A DNA stretch of 52,640 nucleotides, counting the filler, from Catajapyx aquilonaris (taxonomy: Eukaryota): assembly GCA_000934665.2 (NCBI GenBank). It is 3 parts of 3 records of this genome, joined end to end, with 100 filler letters (N's around TTAATTAATTAA, not from the genome) between each part and the next. Parts side by side here need not be neighbours in the genome. Positions count along the whole stretch, not along the records: positions 17,513 to 34,890 come from KZ539621.1; positions 34,991 to 52,640 come from JYFJ02006965.1; 1 more part is not named here. One strand, written 5' to 3'. Under the pieces are notes generated by a model. It did no database searches. It was not told the origin of the DNA and saw only the letters and a list, made by a program, of their open reading frames with translations. Each line of letters begins with the position of its first letter. Positions within the stretch are counted from its first letter, which is position 1. Below are positions 24,832 through 38,973 of this stretch, piece after piece. The translations under genes were made by a program, and so were the position numbers.

Positions 24832-27541
24832 CTATGGTAGGCCCATAAGATCAAGCAATCCATTTAACTTGGCATCTAGCAGAGTCCTTCTCTGGTGAGG
24901 CAATCCCTGCAGCCACTCGCAAGGTAAGCTACTATACCCCTCTCGACATCCAAGCAGTGCACCAGCTAGCCCGGCATTGATCGAAGAATGTCCACATTGA
25001 AGTACAACCCTAGTCACTCCCTCCTGGAATCCATTCCTGGCAGTTTGACGGAGAAGGGCTACTGCCACCTTCAAGGGAGTGAAAGGATGGCTCTGCAGTC
25101 GTGGCTCTAGCACTCCACAGCTGTCATCCAGTGAAGATAAAGTTGGAGAAAAGCAGCAGGCAAATTCAGCCATTACCACAGGACACTGCAAGTGAACTTT
25201 GCCCATTTGGTGTGACTGAGACAGGGCTTGAGACAACCATTCCTCACTGTGGACTTCTTCACCTGCCTGCATGAAATCATGTCAGTTCAATTTTATTGGA
25301 TGTTCAGGTAATGTCAGGTTCTGAAGAAGACTGACCTGAAGCAGCTGGGCAACAAGGACACTTATAGCAACACCTGCAGCAACACAACTTGGGTGTACAT
25401 GTGTAGTCTTACAAATACGCTCTGAGTTTGAAGCCACTTCAGTTAGGTCGTGAAAGTTTGGAATCCCTGTAAGATGTAAAAATGATACGTTAGAGTAGTG
25501 GTTCCCAATCCCAACACCAAATGGGTCACGAAGCCTTTTCCGGGGGGTCGTGCGTGGCCACGGTAATATTTATGAATTTAAAAATTACTAATTTAAAAAA
25601 AAGCAACAAAATTTTATGGGATATTTAATTGCAAAGGTTTTTTCAACACACTAACACTCGGGGAGGGGGGGGGGGGGGTTCCAGGTTACTAAGACTATCA
25701 CAAAAGGGGGTTGCGACCTCAAATAGGTTGGGAACCACTGCTTTAGAGCATGGTTTTACTATCAAAATATCCACATTAGCCCTCTCGCATGCCAACATCA
25801 ACTTTGTAGTGATGACAAAAATGTGGTACAACTCTTCACTCACCCAAGAGAGCTGCCTGAATGGAGAAACCATTATCACAGAGGTCATCCTGATGTTCTT
25901 TCCACAACCTTAGGGCAGCTGAGTTGGGTTGCTGAATAAAGTCTTTGCAACTGACAACAGCCTTCAAAACATGTGAGCACAGAGGATGTGCCTGCTTATA
26001 CCCTTTCTCCTGAGTCTCATGAGCAAGTAGCATTGCCACTGATGAACTCTGTGCCCAAGAGCTAAGACGCGTTGCAAAATCCACTTCGTCCACTACTCCA
26101 CCCCAATGCAGAAGTGAATCTAAAACCACCAACTGTACAAAATATGGCTGTTAGATAAGCAAAATGGAAAGGGAAAACTGGTCAGTTCGATTAGTGGATA
26201 CCATGAGGTCACACGCTGTGGTCCAATCTCCCCTGTGCCAATACATTCGATGACCATCCCGAACCATTTTGGAGTGCAGCAATGCTCCTTGCCCCTCATA
26301 TCTGAATCGAGCAAGATCAGGAGGAAGGAATTCTGAGGATAGTCCCAGTGAGTTCCCAAGAACAGCTCCATACAGTAAACCAAGGGTCCGGTCAGCCATG
26401 TCAGCAGGTGACAAGGCAGAACTTCCTTCAGGAGGGGCCAGTGGATTGCGAAGTCGTGTGAGCAGTGGACCAGCCGCTTCCCCTGGATTGTTAGAACTTG
26501 GAGCAGGACCGCGCCAAGTGCGGTTGCGACAAAACACATTCCATACCTGTCGCACATGGTTCTGCGGTGGGAATTCCTGCAATAGTCAAGTATACAGAAG
26601 CAATATATTATAAACCTGAGAAGAATTACCCTATTCGATGGCACTTTTTCCCCCCAAAAAATCCTCCTGCATCTTATAAGCGAAAATACAAAACCTGCTG
26701 AAATGGGGGTGAATCTTACATGCCCATGCGTCATTTATGCCGTCAAATATGGCACGCCCTATACTTACTGAGCTGGCAGCTTTCAGTACAGCTATGAGGG
26801 CATGAGACCCTCGCTCTGAGACTGCCTGCAACGTCTTATCCTGGAAAGGGTTTCCATTTGCCAGGAGAATCTCCAGCGATTGCAGCTGCCCTAGTTGCGG
26901 TGGCAACTCTGTCAGCTGGTTGTAGGAGACATTCAGCTTCACAAGTTTGACTGCAGAAGTCAGGTCACATGGAAGGCGGGTCAGGTAGTTGTAGGACACA
27001 TCAAGCTTGGAGAGTTTCACACACATTCCAGATGGAATTTCTTGCAAGACGTTGTGGCTCACATTGAGTGAGGTCAAGTGTGGCAGCCAGGTGCTGATCC
27101 ACGTAGGAAGACTGTCAATGCGGTTGTAGGAAAGGACCAGCTCGGTCAGGTGTGGCAAGCACGCAGGCAAATTCTCAGGCACGGTGCTCAGGCCATGGAA
27201 GGACACATCCAGACTCTCATGCAAGCCAATGGACGCCGTCAGTTCCCACGGGAGCTCCTTCAGGCAACCGGAAGACGCCTCCTCCCCTTCCAAGTGCTGA
27301 AAAATGGAATATTTGAAGATGTTGATTCCATCCCGCGTCGTCAGTTCCGCCACCTATCCGCCGGCACGCTGTCGACGTGGGCGCCCCTCCCACGACCCAT
27401 CCTCCTGCTCATCCGCCCGTGGACCCTGTGGTCAGCATCCGGACATACCTGCAGGTACTCCTTTGGTCCCACGTTCCGACTCAGGTCCAGGTGCTTTGCC
27501 CTCGAGTCCAGCCGGGCCCTGCTGCTCTCCGCGTTGCCCAT
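24832..27541 (-). CDS. LRR + ADP-ribosylglycohydrolase-fold (ARH/DraG-like) protein, ~616 aa, N-myristoylation motif, degenerate catalytic motifs
   Basis: Exons 27541-27449, 27296-26769, 26576-26202, 26132-25844, 25466-25336, 25266-24832; all GT-AG, 1851 nt in frame. Starts MGNAESS; ~6 LRRs (LTELVLSYNRIDSLP etc.); ARH motifs DRTLGLLYGAVLGNSLG, GDWTT, DNG, THVHP, INAGLAGALLGCREGYSSLPCEWL. Confidence 0.85.
25496..25740. mobile_element. hAT (Charlie-like) MITE in LRR-ARH intron 4
   Basis: TIRs TAGTGGTTCCCAA / TTGGGAACCACTG; 8-bp TSD CGTTAGAG / CTTTAGAG. Confidence 0.8.
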
Positions 27542-28929
27542 CCTCCTTTTCGGACCAGTTTGCCCTCGTGGCAAGCAGGAGGTAGACACCGTGACGTCAC
27601 TTTCGTCTCCCTCCCGGCGGCTGCCACACCACCCGACCCACCGACTTCCATTCCATCCGTCGACATTGCCCGGCCTTGGTCGGTCCACGCTGTCCTTTAG
27701 GCTCGCAGATGGTGCTGGGGGACGGTTGAATTCGGACAGCCCTTGCAGGTTATCAGGTATTAATTTGTGGTGCAGTAGTATGCTGTTGGTGTAGGATAAA
27801 CCTGGGGGACCGCTACCACCGTGGTAATGTGCACATCACTACCGTATATGCTTTGTAAGCGTTGAAAGTGCTGGTGGTGTGACTATGCAAGTAGGCCTCT
27901 TAGTGCAACAGTAGGAAATGGAACTTGTATGGTTTTTATCTCCCTGCATCATTTTGCATACTGTTGTACGCCGTAGGCGAGGAAATAATAATGTCATCTC
28001 GCTGCGTCCCACCTCTTTGGGTCATCATCATTAGCAGAGAAACCCCCTGTGTAATATGTAAACGTTTTTGATAAAAGATTTCTGCAGAACAGCTATTTTT
28101 CGGGTGTCCTATGCAACATTCTAACAGCTGTTGCAGCAGATAAGGAAACTAGGTGATTAGTCCTGACAATTGCATAATTATTTAATTGCAGCCTAGTTGT
28201 AACAATGCTCTCTTGTGCGTGCTGCTGAACTTGAATTAATTTTTTTTTAAATAATGTGGGTGAAACCTAATCAGTGAGCCTGTATTACTTTTTGCAACAT
28301 GTGTTAGTAATGGAAGTGCCGAAAGTTGGGTGCAGGTGTGAAGGATGTAGCCTCAATTATTTTGCAAACAGCCATATCTTAAGCGTTTTTTATACATGCT
28401 CTTCAGAAGGTAGCTTCCTGCATGTCAGGCAACAGTAACTCGTTAGACTAGAACCTAGCACTCGTATCATTTTCAGGGAACCAAATAAATGGTAATCATT
28501 AGCTGTGCGCCTTTTATTGGAAGGAATTTAATAGTAATTTGAAGACCCCCTGCTCCATAAAGCAATTACCCTTGTGACTCCTGTTTAGGTTGGATAATAT
28601 TGGGACTGCATGTGCAATTAACAAATTGGGTAATCAAAGCATTGATATGGAGGTGATCTGTAATTGTCACAAGATACAGGAAGTGTGTCAGGTGGATAAC
28701 CCCACATGGTCAGAGATTTATATCACTTTGCATCACTTGATGTTATATTTTTGCTATGAGCATTGTTTTAATGTTACAGCGGCATTCACAGTCACTGGCC
28801 TGATGTAGCGTAGGAAGTGCTGCTTTTATGTCATTGAAAGCTCTACTAATCAATCCATCTGTTTTCCATCTCTCTACTTTCAGACTGACTGTGGCCTGGA
28901 ACCAGTGAAACTGACTTTAGGTGATAGCA

Positions 28930-30115
28930 ATGGAAGAGGAGTCTGTGTATGGTACTCCCGACAGCACCCTGATTCTAGAGGATTCAGACACCGACATAGA
29001 GGACTTGAATTCGAACGAACCGCTTCCGAATCTGGGCGAGTCCACCCCGATCCCTTCCCCCAGCCAAACCCCTGTAGAGTCCCCAACCCAGCTGTCACCA
29101 CGAGAAGCAGGAGCAGGGGATGGTCTCCCAGCCACAGTGACATGTCTAGCAGGTGCTCGGGGAGCCAAGGTGTACCTTGTGGGGACAGCCCATTTCAGCA
29201 GGGAGAGCCAGGAGGATGTGGCCACCACCATACGCAGCGTGCAGCCAGATGTGGTAGTGGTGGAGCTGTGCAAAGGGAGGGTAAATATTCTTCAGCTGGA
29301 CGAGGAAACCATTTTACAGGAAGCCAAGTCAATCAATTTCAACAAGGTGGGAAGCCCATTCATTTTGTGCTTAAGTCTTGCATGTTGTTTTCACAATTCT
29401 CATCGACGCGTTTCTTCAGCTGCGTATGACGATTCGTCACAATGGGCTGGTTCAGGGCATACTCCATCTGCTGCTGCTGAGTATGTCTGCCCACTTGACA
29501 AAGGAGCTGGGAATGGCACCCGGGGGAGAATTTCGCCGTGCCTTTGCCGAGGCCCACAGAGTGACTGGGGGTTGCGTAGTCCAGTTGGGAGACCGACCAT
29601 ACCAGGTGACCCTTCGTCGTGCCCTAGCTGCTCTCTCCCTCTGGCAAAAGTGCCGTCTGGCTTGGCACATCCTGGCAAGCAGGGAATCCATCAGCAAGGA
29701 GGACGTGGAACGATGCAAGCAAAGGGACCTCCTGGAGGAGATGCTAGCCGAGATGACAGGGGAGTTCCCTGCTGTCAGCAGAGTGTTTGTCCACGAGAGG
29801 GATGTCTACCTGGTGCACTCACTGGAGGCAGCAGCATCAGCAGCAGTGGAGATAGCCATAGAGAAGAACATACAGCGGAAGGGAGGGGTGGTAGTCGGGG
29901 TGGTAGGGATGGGGCATGTGCCAGGAATAGTATCAATGTGGGGACAAGTGAAGGACACAGACATACCCCCACTGATGGAGGTACCACCACCATCCATGGT
30001 GGGAAGGCTCTTGGGGCTGAGTGTGAGGGGGGCCGTCTTAGGGTTGGTGCTTTGGGGGACAGTCAAGGTGGTACGCAGGACCATCCCATATGTCCAGGGC
30101 CTATTACCCAGGTAG
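28930..30115 (+). CDS. TRABD: TraB domain-containing protein, ~370 aa
   Basis: Exons 28930-29346 and 29420-30115. Motifs VYLVGTAHFS, PDVVVVELC, APGGEFR, LGDRP, ERD, VGVVGMGHVPGI; C-terminal hydrophobic anchor. Confidence 0.93.
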
Positions 30116-31541
30116 ATGGGTATAGGCATCCTGACGAAGCGGGAGGCCTGATCTATGTGGCAGAATGTGTTGCAGGACCAGGTGAGATAAAATATCGTCT
30201 ACCTTCGCTGTTCAGATTCGATTAGATTTGTGCTCATTTGCATCTACGTTTTAGGACACTAATGTTTATTTTCATTTTGAATGTCTAATTGAGAAAAATG
30301 GATATGTTTGCCATGACACTAACTGTAAAAGCAGGCCTGTCATATCATTGCCAAAGCTTGGACTTGCACTCTCGTTGTTTGCCATTGCTCACAGGGTCCA
30401 CTTGAGAGATGTTTTCTGCTTATTACTAAAATTTAGCTCTCTTCACATTTTTCAATTTCTTGTAGAATTCTTATTGATGCTATCTCTAATATTTTTCCTG
30501 ATTTCAATTTTATCTGTGGATCTTGCAGTCTTATGCAGAACTTCTCATAAGTGCTTATTATGTATTCCGCAGGTGCTAATTTGGAAGATCTAGGAACAGA
30601 GCTGGTGGGCTGCCAATGTCAGTATGGGTCCAACTGCTTGGGACAACTGGGATGTGCTTGCATGAAGTTGTTTGGTGTGCCTTATACAAGGAATGGGAGA
30701 CTGATCAAGGAGTTTGAGGATGGGAAGCCTGTGTTGGAGTGCCATGGTAACTGTGCATGTGGAGAGGAATGTGGCACTAGGGTTATGCAGCATGGCCCAA
30801 GGCCTGGTTTGGAGGTCTTCTTCACCCAAGACAGAGGGCTTGGACTGAGAACTACCTGTAACATTCCTCAAGGGTCATTTGTTTGCGAATATGCTGGAGA
30901 GGTAAGTGACTAAGTCATTGCGTGAAGAAAACAATAATTGTTGCTCACTCCACTAGACTGCTTGATGCAACATGGTTTGATGAACACCAAATGCTTTTAG
31001 GGTATTTATCGGTGGTAAATCGAGAACAGGCTGTTGCTGTTTGTTATTAATCACATGTTCTTCATAATTATTATTGATCATTCAACTGGCCCATTGTGGT
31101 GTAGTCATATTGTGGGTTATATAATTGTTAATGTACTTGTGCCATAAGACATGTAATGAGTCAGACAGCTTGATTGCTTCTCAACAGGTAATTGGTGCAG
31201 AAGAAGCATGCAGGCGTGAGCTTTCAGCCCTCCCTGGTGCTGCCAACTACATCTTGATGCTCCGAGAATGTGGACGCGTGTCAGTGGTGGTGGACCCAAC
31301 GAATGTGGGGAATATAGGTCGCTATGCCAACCACAGCTGCAGGCCTAACCTGTGTGTGGTTGGAGTTAGGACTGGCTCCCCTGTGCCACGTGTTGGCTTG
31401 TTTGCAATGAGAGATGTCCAGAGCGGAGAGGAACTTACATTTGATTATGGCGGAAATGCAGGAAATGTGGGGACATCTCAGTGCAAGTGTGGTGCCAGTG
31501 GATGCAAGGGGACTCTGCCGTTTGACCCGACAGCTTTCTGA
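30112..31541 (+). CDS. SETMAR-like histone-lysine N-methyltransferase (pre-SET/SET/post-SET, no transposase); start unresolved
   Basis: Exons ~30112-30181 (DGYRHPDE...VAGPG), 30573-30901 (GCQC...ECHGNCAC...RGLGLR...FVCEYAGE), 31188-31541 (GNIGRYANHSCRPN, ELTFDYG, CKCGASGCKG). Confidence 0.88.
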
Positions 31542-32741
31542 CTTTGAATGGTGATGGTGACAATGGATCTTCCATGCATTTTTAAACTATACATAATGCA
31601 AATATATGCTGTTGCTTTGAAGTCGTCTTCAGGTTATTTGGATTATTCATTTGACCATTGTTTCTTTTTCCTCAGGCTATTCAGTATTTTTCCCCAATCT
31701 ATAATCATAACACATTAGTGATCACAATTAACCCCCACAGCTACTGCAGTTTGAGCATGCTTGTGAGAATATACCGTATCTTGAAGCAATTAGGTGTTTT
31801 GCAACTTTTGGCTTTGCAGGTTTAGAGAAATGAAACTGGAAGTGAGAAATACGAAGACAATTCTTTGGATGGATGGATCATTCAAAGTGTTGCATTTAGT
31901 TTCTGCTCCTTACTGCATGGATTTCAAGGTCAGCACTATTGAACAAAACCTGTCAGATATTAACTTAATTCATTTATTTGTGTACAATATAATTAATACT
32001 TTCTCATTGAGAAATCACTTCACATCTCTTTGAGATCAACACACTTATGTAAATGGTACAGGTATTCCATAGGCATATAAGTTTTGAAATTGCTAGGCAA
32101 TTCAATTAACACGATTGGTATTGAAATAATATATCCAAGAAGCAATTTCCTCCTCAGAAACTAATAAATGAAGTTTGATGCATTCATAAATCAACCCCTC
32201 AAGAGTCATTTGGTAATCATTACTCTTGTTTGCGCTGTAAACTTTTATTTGACTACCTTGAGTTCTTTTAAAAATTAGCTGCAGCATAACTTCCCCTCTT
32301 TTGTCCTATGAGTATAGGCATTGAAAACACGCAAAAAGACAAAAATGGCAAAAATTCTTTGTCAATCACTAAATGGTCATCACTATAAGATGGATATGAG
32401 CATCTCGTGTTATAGTCAGGCAGTGCTTGCATTGCCTAAGTATAAAATTAGTTGAAAATTGATTGGTAAGCCTCATACAATCATTACAACATTATGAAAC
32501 TTGACTAGTCACAAAGTACAAAATCATAGTAATATTGAGTATTACCTTTTACCCCTGGTATTACCCAAGTGATCCCTTTCTTGTTCAGCTATTGGAATGA
32601 TCAGAGTAACAAAGTGCTAAAAATGTAACTGTTATTGGCAGACCAGGAGAAGAGCCCTGATAAAATTGCAGCAATTTAATGCTCTTGAGAGTTCATTGGT
32701 AAGTCCTGTAATAAAATGATGGGCCAGGAAGTAGCCTGAAA

Positions 32742-34042
32742 TCAAGCAGTAACATCAGCTGCACATCTGAATCCAAGATTGCTGGCGGAACTGTCCGGAG
32801 TATTTTGACTTCTTGCAGCACACCTGTACCGAAAACAATATGACTTGTGGCACATGTATGACCCACCCTTTTTGACCCTCTCGCCACCAGAACTGGGACC
32901 TGTTGGGTCCTTCTGAGGTTTGGATTCATGTCGGGTGCTCCATCGATCTGCTGTCCACTCCCATACATTTCCTGCCATGTTTTTAAGGCCCCACCTTGAG
33001 GCTGGAAATTCCCACACTGGCGCAGTCCCTGTGAACCCATCTTCTCCAAGGTCCTCCCCTGGGAATTCACCTTGCCAGACATTGGCCCTATGATTTCCCC
33101 CAGGCAGCATACTATTCCCCCAAGGGAAAAAGCGATGCTCACGCCCATCACGACACGCACATTCCCACTCCGACTCGCTTGGCAACCTCTTCCCAGCCCA
33201 CTCACAGTAAGCCACAGCATCATTCCAGGACACATGCACTACAGGGTGGTCCATCCTGTCTGCTATACTGGAGTCTGGTCCTTCCGGGTTTAGCCAGCTG
33301 GCACCTTTTACCGGTAACCACCACGGTGCTGCAGCAACAGCCTGAGTGATCTTCTCCTTCGTTTGCGGACTCAAAAGCGGCTCAAACACAAACGAGTCTC
33401 CTAATCGCTGCGCCTCAGTGACGTAACCAGTTGCATCCACAAACAATTTGAACTGAGCATTACTGACCTGTAGGTAAGAATTCACCATCAGAACCATACA
33501 GGAAATCATATTTACAAGTAAGGGACTTGTTCCCAAATATTAACATCTAAATTGTAGCAGACCCTATTTTCCAGCAATTATTAATGATATGATGCTGCTT
33601 GCTGCCAGTAACCACCAAGGTTTTGTGAAAGACGGCATCTGCCACAATATATTCAGCTATTAAGAAATTCTTCTGACCTCAGTGGGACAGTCCCCCTGCA
33701 ACTACTGACCTCCTCCTTGTCCAGATAAAAAGGCCGTGTGAGCGTAACATTCCTTGCAGGCGCCTCCCCATCAGCCGCAAAAACCGGCTTGTCCGTCCCC
33801 ATCAGGAAGCGTCCTGCAGGTATCAAGCTCATACCGACATGCAACTCATCCTTGGCCTCAGCAGTCTGCCCATCCGGAAGACACGAATCTGGAGCATGGC
33901 AGTGACCCTCCTCACACTCCTGCACCTCCTGGTTGTGGGTAGCACGACTCAACCCATCACATCCACACCCAGCCTTTTCGGTAGCGGCAGTCGTTCCAAC
34001 CGCAATGCAGATGAACAGGAGGAGCGCACTGTACGTTGCCAT
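32742..34042 (-). CDS. SUMF1: Formylglycine-generating enzyme (sulfatase-modifying factor 1), ~352 aa
   Basis: Exons 34042-33710 and 33467-32742. Signal peptide; motifs [59 protein letters not shown]. Confidence 0.95.
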
Positions 34043-34603
34043 TGCTGCAAGTGGATAACAAGTTTTCGTGATACCAGTGGACCATCTCGATTATTACAAA
34101 TGCCACAGCGCATCTCTGGGCAATGTTTGTTTGTATGTTTGTCCAGATTTGGTTACCATGTCAACCTGGTGGTTTCCATGGTTGTCAACTGTGATTGATT
34201 GTGTGTGGATTTGCATTACCATGGAAACGGGGGGGGGGGGGGAAGCTGCGTGTGAAGAACGGGCTCCGCTGCTAGTCAAGAATAAACCCGAGAATAAACC
34301 TCATGAAAACCTACCTAAAAAAAAAAACCCCCGTCAATATCTGGGTATGCCTACTACCCGACTCGGAACCCGCTACTTTTCAACTACAGTGGTCGCTGTT
34401 ATTTCGCAGCAATCGTTTGGCCTTGGCCTTCACTTCGTCGCATCTCATCTGCTGGCCTGACTAATCTGTCGATTGTGCGGCTGTCTTATCGGATCTCGAC
34501 TGTTCAAGTCCTGCAGTTTGGCTGGATAGTACATCCATCACTGCTTCTGCCTTTACTTATTGGACATAGGAGTATCCCCCGCATAGTATCCCACTGGCAC
34601 GGC

Positions 34604-34890
34604 ATGTCTCTTTTTGAAGGGTCCAAACATGCCTCGCTGTATGCCAGATTCAGGCCTACCCCACCTGCTCGGCTGACACAGAAGGTTATGGAGTACTTGG
34701 GGCAGAAGGTACAACAAATTGTGCATGGTCGTAGAGGCTCATCAGTTTGTTCTGATGTATAGTCTGTTTCATAATGTGGTACTTGAAATAATTAAGTGAA
34801 TTATATCTGCAGCTACCAGGCCCATACAAACTTGCTGTGGATGTGGCATGTGGATCGGGACAAAGTACCCCAGTCTTGGCACCATATTTT
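34604..34890 (+). CDS. Class I SAM-dependent methyltransferase (Methyltransf_11-like), 5' part, truncated at contig end
   Basis: Exons 34604-34708 (MSLFEGSKHASLYARFRPTPP) and 34813-34890 (AVDVACGSGQST, SAM motif I). Confidence 0.82.
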
Positions 34891-34990
34891 NNNNNNNNNN
34901 NNNNNNNNNNNNNNNNNNNNNNNNNNNNNNNNNNTTAATTAATTAANNNNNNNNNNNNNNNNNNNNNNNNNNNNNNNNNNNNNNNNNNNN
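34891..34990. other. Artificial contig spacer
   Basis: 44 N + TTAATTAATTAA + 44 N, identical to the spacer at 17413. Confidence 0.95.
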
Positions 34991-35251
34991 GCAGTTCATG
35001 TTGATTCATACTTCCGCGCCATCTGTTGAGATTAGCTTCAATCAGTGTTGCCATCGTACGTCATTTTTAATTAATTTAAGATATTACATCACGATTATTT
35101 TTTGTTAATTATTGTTAAATTATATTGTTAATGATTTAAGTTGGAATCAATTCACTTTTCGTTCGATCACCTGGCAACACTTGATAGTTCTGCTGGCTCA
35201 CTGCTGTTCTTTTTTTTTTTCTTCTTTTTTTCCTTTTCATTCCAGCCCAAA

Positions 35252-36847
<1,596 letters not shown>

Positions 36848-37245
36848 AAAGGACATGAAAAATTATTGCGGTTTTTTTTTTTTGTGGGGGTTGGGGATCA
36901 CAACGAAATGTTCTGTGTATGTATCTCAGATGATAAATTGTATTTTGTGATAAATCAAATTCTTTGTCCTTTTTTTTGGGGATCTCCAGGGCGCTGTCCG
37001 TAAATGACGTAACGTTAAGCGTTATTTATGGGTTGCCTCCAAGCCCGTTTAAAAAAGTAATTATTTTACGCTCCTATTGCGAATGAATTGTGTGTACTGC
37101 TTCAATATTACTCAATAGATGGCATGCTAACACTTGAAGGGCGTGTTTTTTGTGCCTCATTCCCCACCTGTATGATGTGACCTTGATTGAATTGATGTGT
37201 ATGCACAGCTTGCGCTGCATCCTGTTACATGACACGTACGCCAAC

Positions 37246-38973
37246 ATGCGACTACTGAGAGGTAATGGGTGTCGTAACTGGCTTTTCAGACGCAAAATGT
37301 TGATTTTAACTCGATGCAGCATCCTCGGTGGGGGCGTTGATCGGTCGAAATGGCAGCGCTTGGTCCGCTGTGTCCGCACATGTGTCGTCCGAACTGGAGT
37401 CGATTGGTAAAGCTGGAACCTGGAAGAAAGAAAGGGTCATCACCACTCGGCAGGGGGTCAGCATCAAGGTCGAGGGCAGCAGGAAGGAACTACTTAACTT
37501 TTGTGCCAATAACTACCTCGGTCTATCAGTACGTTCGCTACATTTCAATTAGGTTCACGACTTACATTATTCGCAATTCCGGCAGAGTCACCCGGAGATC
37601 ATCGCGGCAGGAAAAGCGGCCTTGGACACCCACGGAGCAGGACTAAGCTCGGTCAGATTCATCTGCGGGACGCAAGATATTCATAAGGTATAACTAGGCG
37701 TTTTTTGATAAGCTCGAAATGACACTCGTGATGTTTAACAGGAACTGGAGAAGAACATCGCAAAGTTCCATGGACGAGAAGATGCCATCTTGTACGCCAG
37801 CTGTTTTGATGCCAATGCTGGAATTTTCGAGACACTTCTGGGTCCGGAAGATGCGGTGCTGTCGGACGAACTCAATCATGCTTCGATCATTGATGGGATC
37901 CGACTTTGTAAGGCGCAGAAGTATCGGTATAAGAACGCAGATATGAATGGTAAGCTGCTGTCTGGTTACATACGCTTGGTTCTGACATGTTCGTTTATTC
38001 AAGACTTGGAGTCGAAACTGAAGGATGCTTCAGGTGCACGGATCCGTTTGATAGCCACGGACGGTGTGTTCAGCATGGACGGAAAGGTTGCGCCACTCGC
38101 TGACATATGCCGGCTGGCAGAGAAATACAAAGCTCTGGTCTTCATCGACGAATGCCATGCAACCGGATTCTTCGGAAAGACTGGAAGGTTTGACCACAAC
38201 CGTCTTGGAGCATGCACTGTTCTTCCCTCTACTCTTGTACGCATCTTTCTAACGCATCTCTTCAGCTCTGTACTACTGGTTCAGCTTCATTTTCTTGTTG
38301 TTGACTCCTAATATATCCGAGCAGAGGCACGGAGGAGTACTTTGGTCTCGGCCACTCCAAAGTGGACCTCATCAACTCCACCCTCGGAAAAGCCCTGGGT
38401 GGTGCTGCTGGCGGATACACCACCGGACCTAAGCAGGTCATCGATCTACTCAGGCAGAGGTCCAGGCCGTACCTTTTCTCAAACTCACTCCCGCCACCAG
38501 TCGTGGCATGTGCCAACAAGGTACGCTGGCATTACGCAATACGCCGGATATCCCGCTCTATGTACTTCGCAGGTGTTTGAGATCCTGATGGGCAGCTCGG
38601 ATCTGACGCAAAAGGTGTGCTCAAACACACGACGCTTCAGGACTAGAATGTCCGAGGCTGGCTTCACGCTAACAGGGGACGACCATCCGATCTGTCCAGT
38701 CATGCTGGGAGACGCACGACTTGCCTCCGAGTTCGCTGATGAAATGCTTGGTACTGATACACTTTCCGTAGCACATTACCACTAAAAATTGCATCTCCGT
38801 ACATGTTTTTTTCAGAGAAGGGAATTTACGTGATTGGATTCAGCTACCCGGTGGTTCCAAAGGGAAAAGCCAGAATCCGAGTTCAGTTATCCGCAGCTCA
38901 TTCCGAGTCGGACATCGACAGAACTATCGACGCTTTCGTACAAGTCGGCAGAAAATTCAAAGTCATTCCGTAA
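37246..38973 (+). CDS. GCAT: 2-amino-3-ketobutyrate CoA ligase, mitochondrial, ~416 aa
   Basis: Exons 37246-37261, 37320-37528, 37586-37687, 37742-37949, 38004-38187, 38325-38520, 38573-38750, 38816-38973 (1251 nt). Motifs [49 protein letters not shown]. Confidence 0.95.

Noticed and set aside
26133..26201. GTATCC donor suggesting a U12 intron in LRR-ARH
   Set aside because: The sequence is GTATCCAC rather than GTATCCTT, and there is no clear TCCTTAAC branch site.
27078..27794. 238-aa plus-strand ORF and other long ORFs antisense to GC-rich exons (e.g. 41047-41742, 42420-42948)
   Set aside because: Shadow ORFs of real exons on the opposite strand or low-complexity sequence; no recognisable domains.
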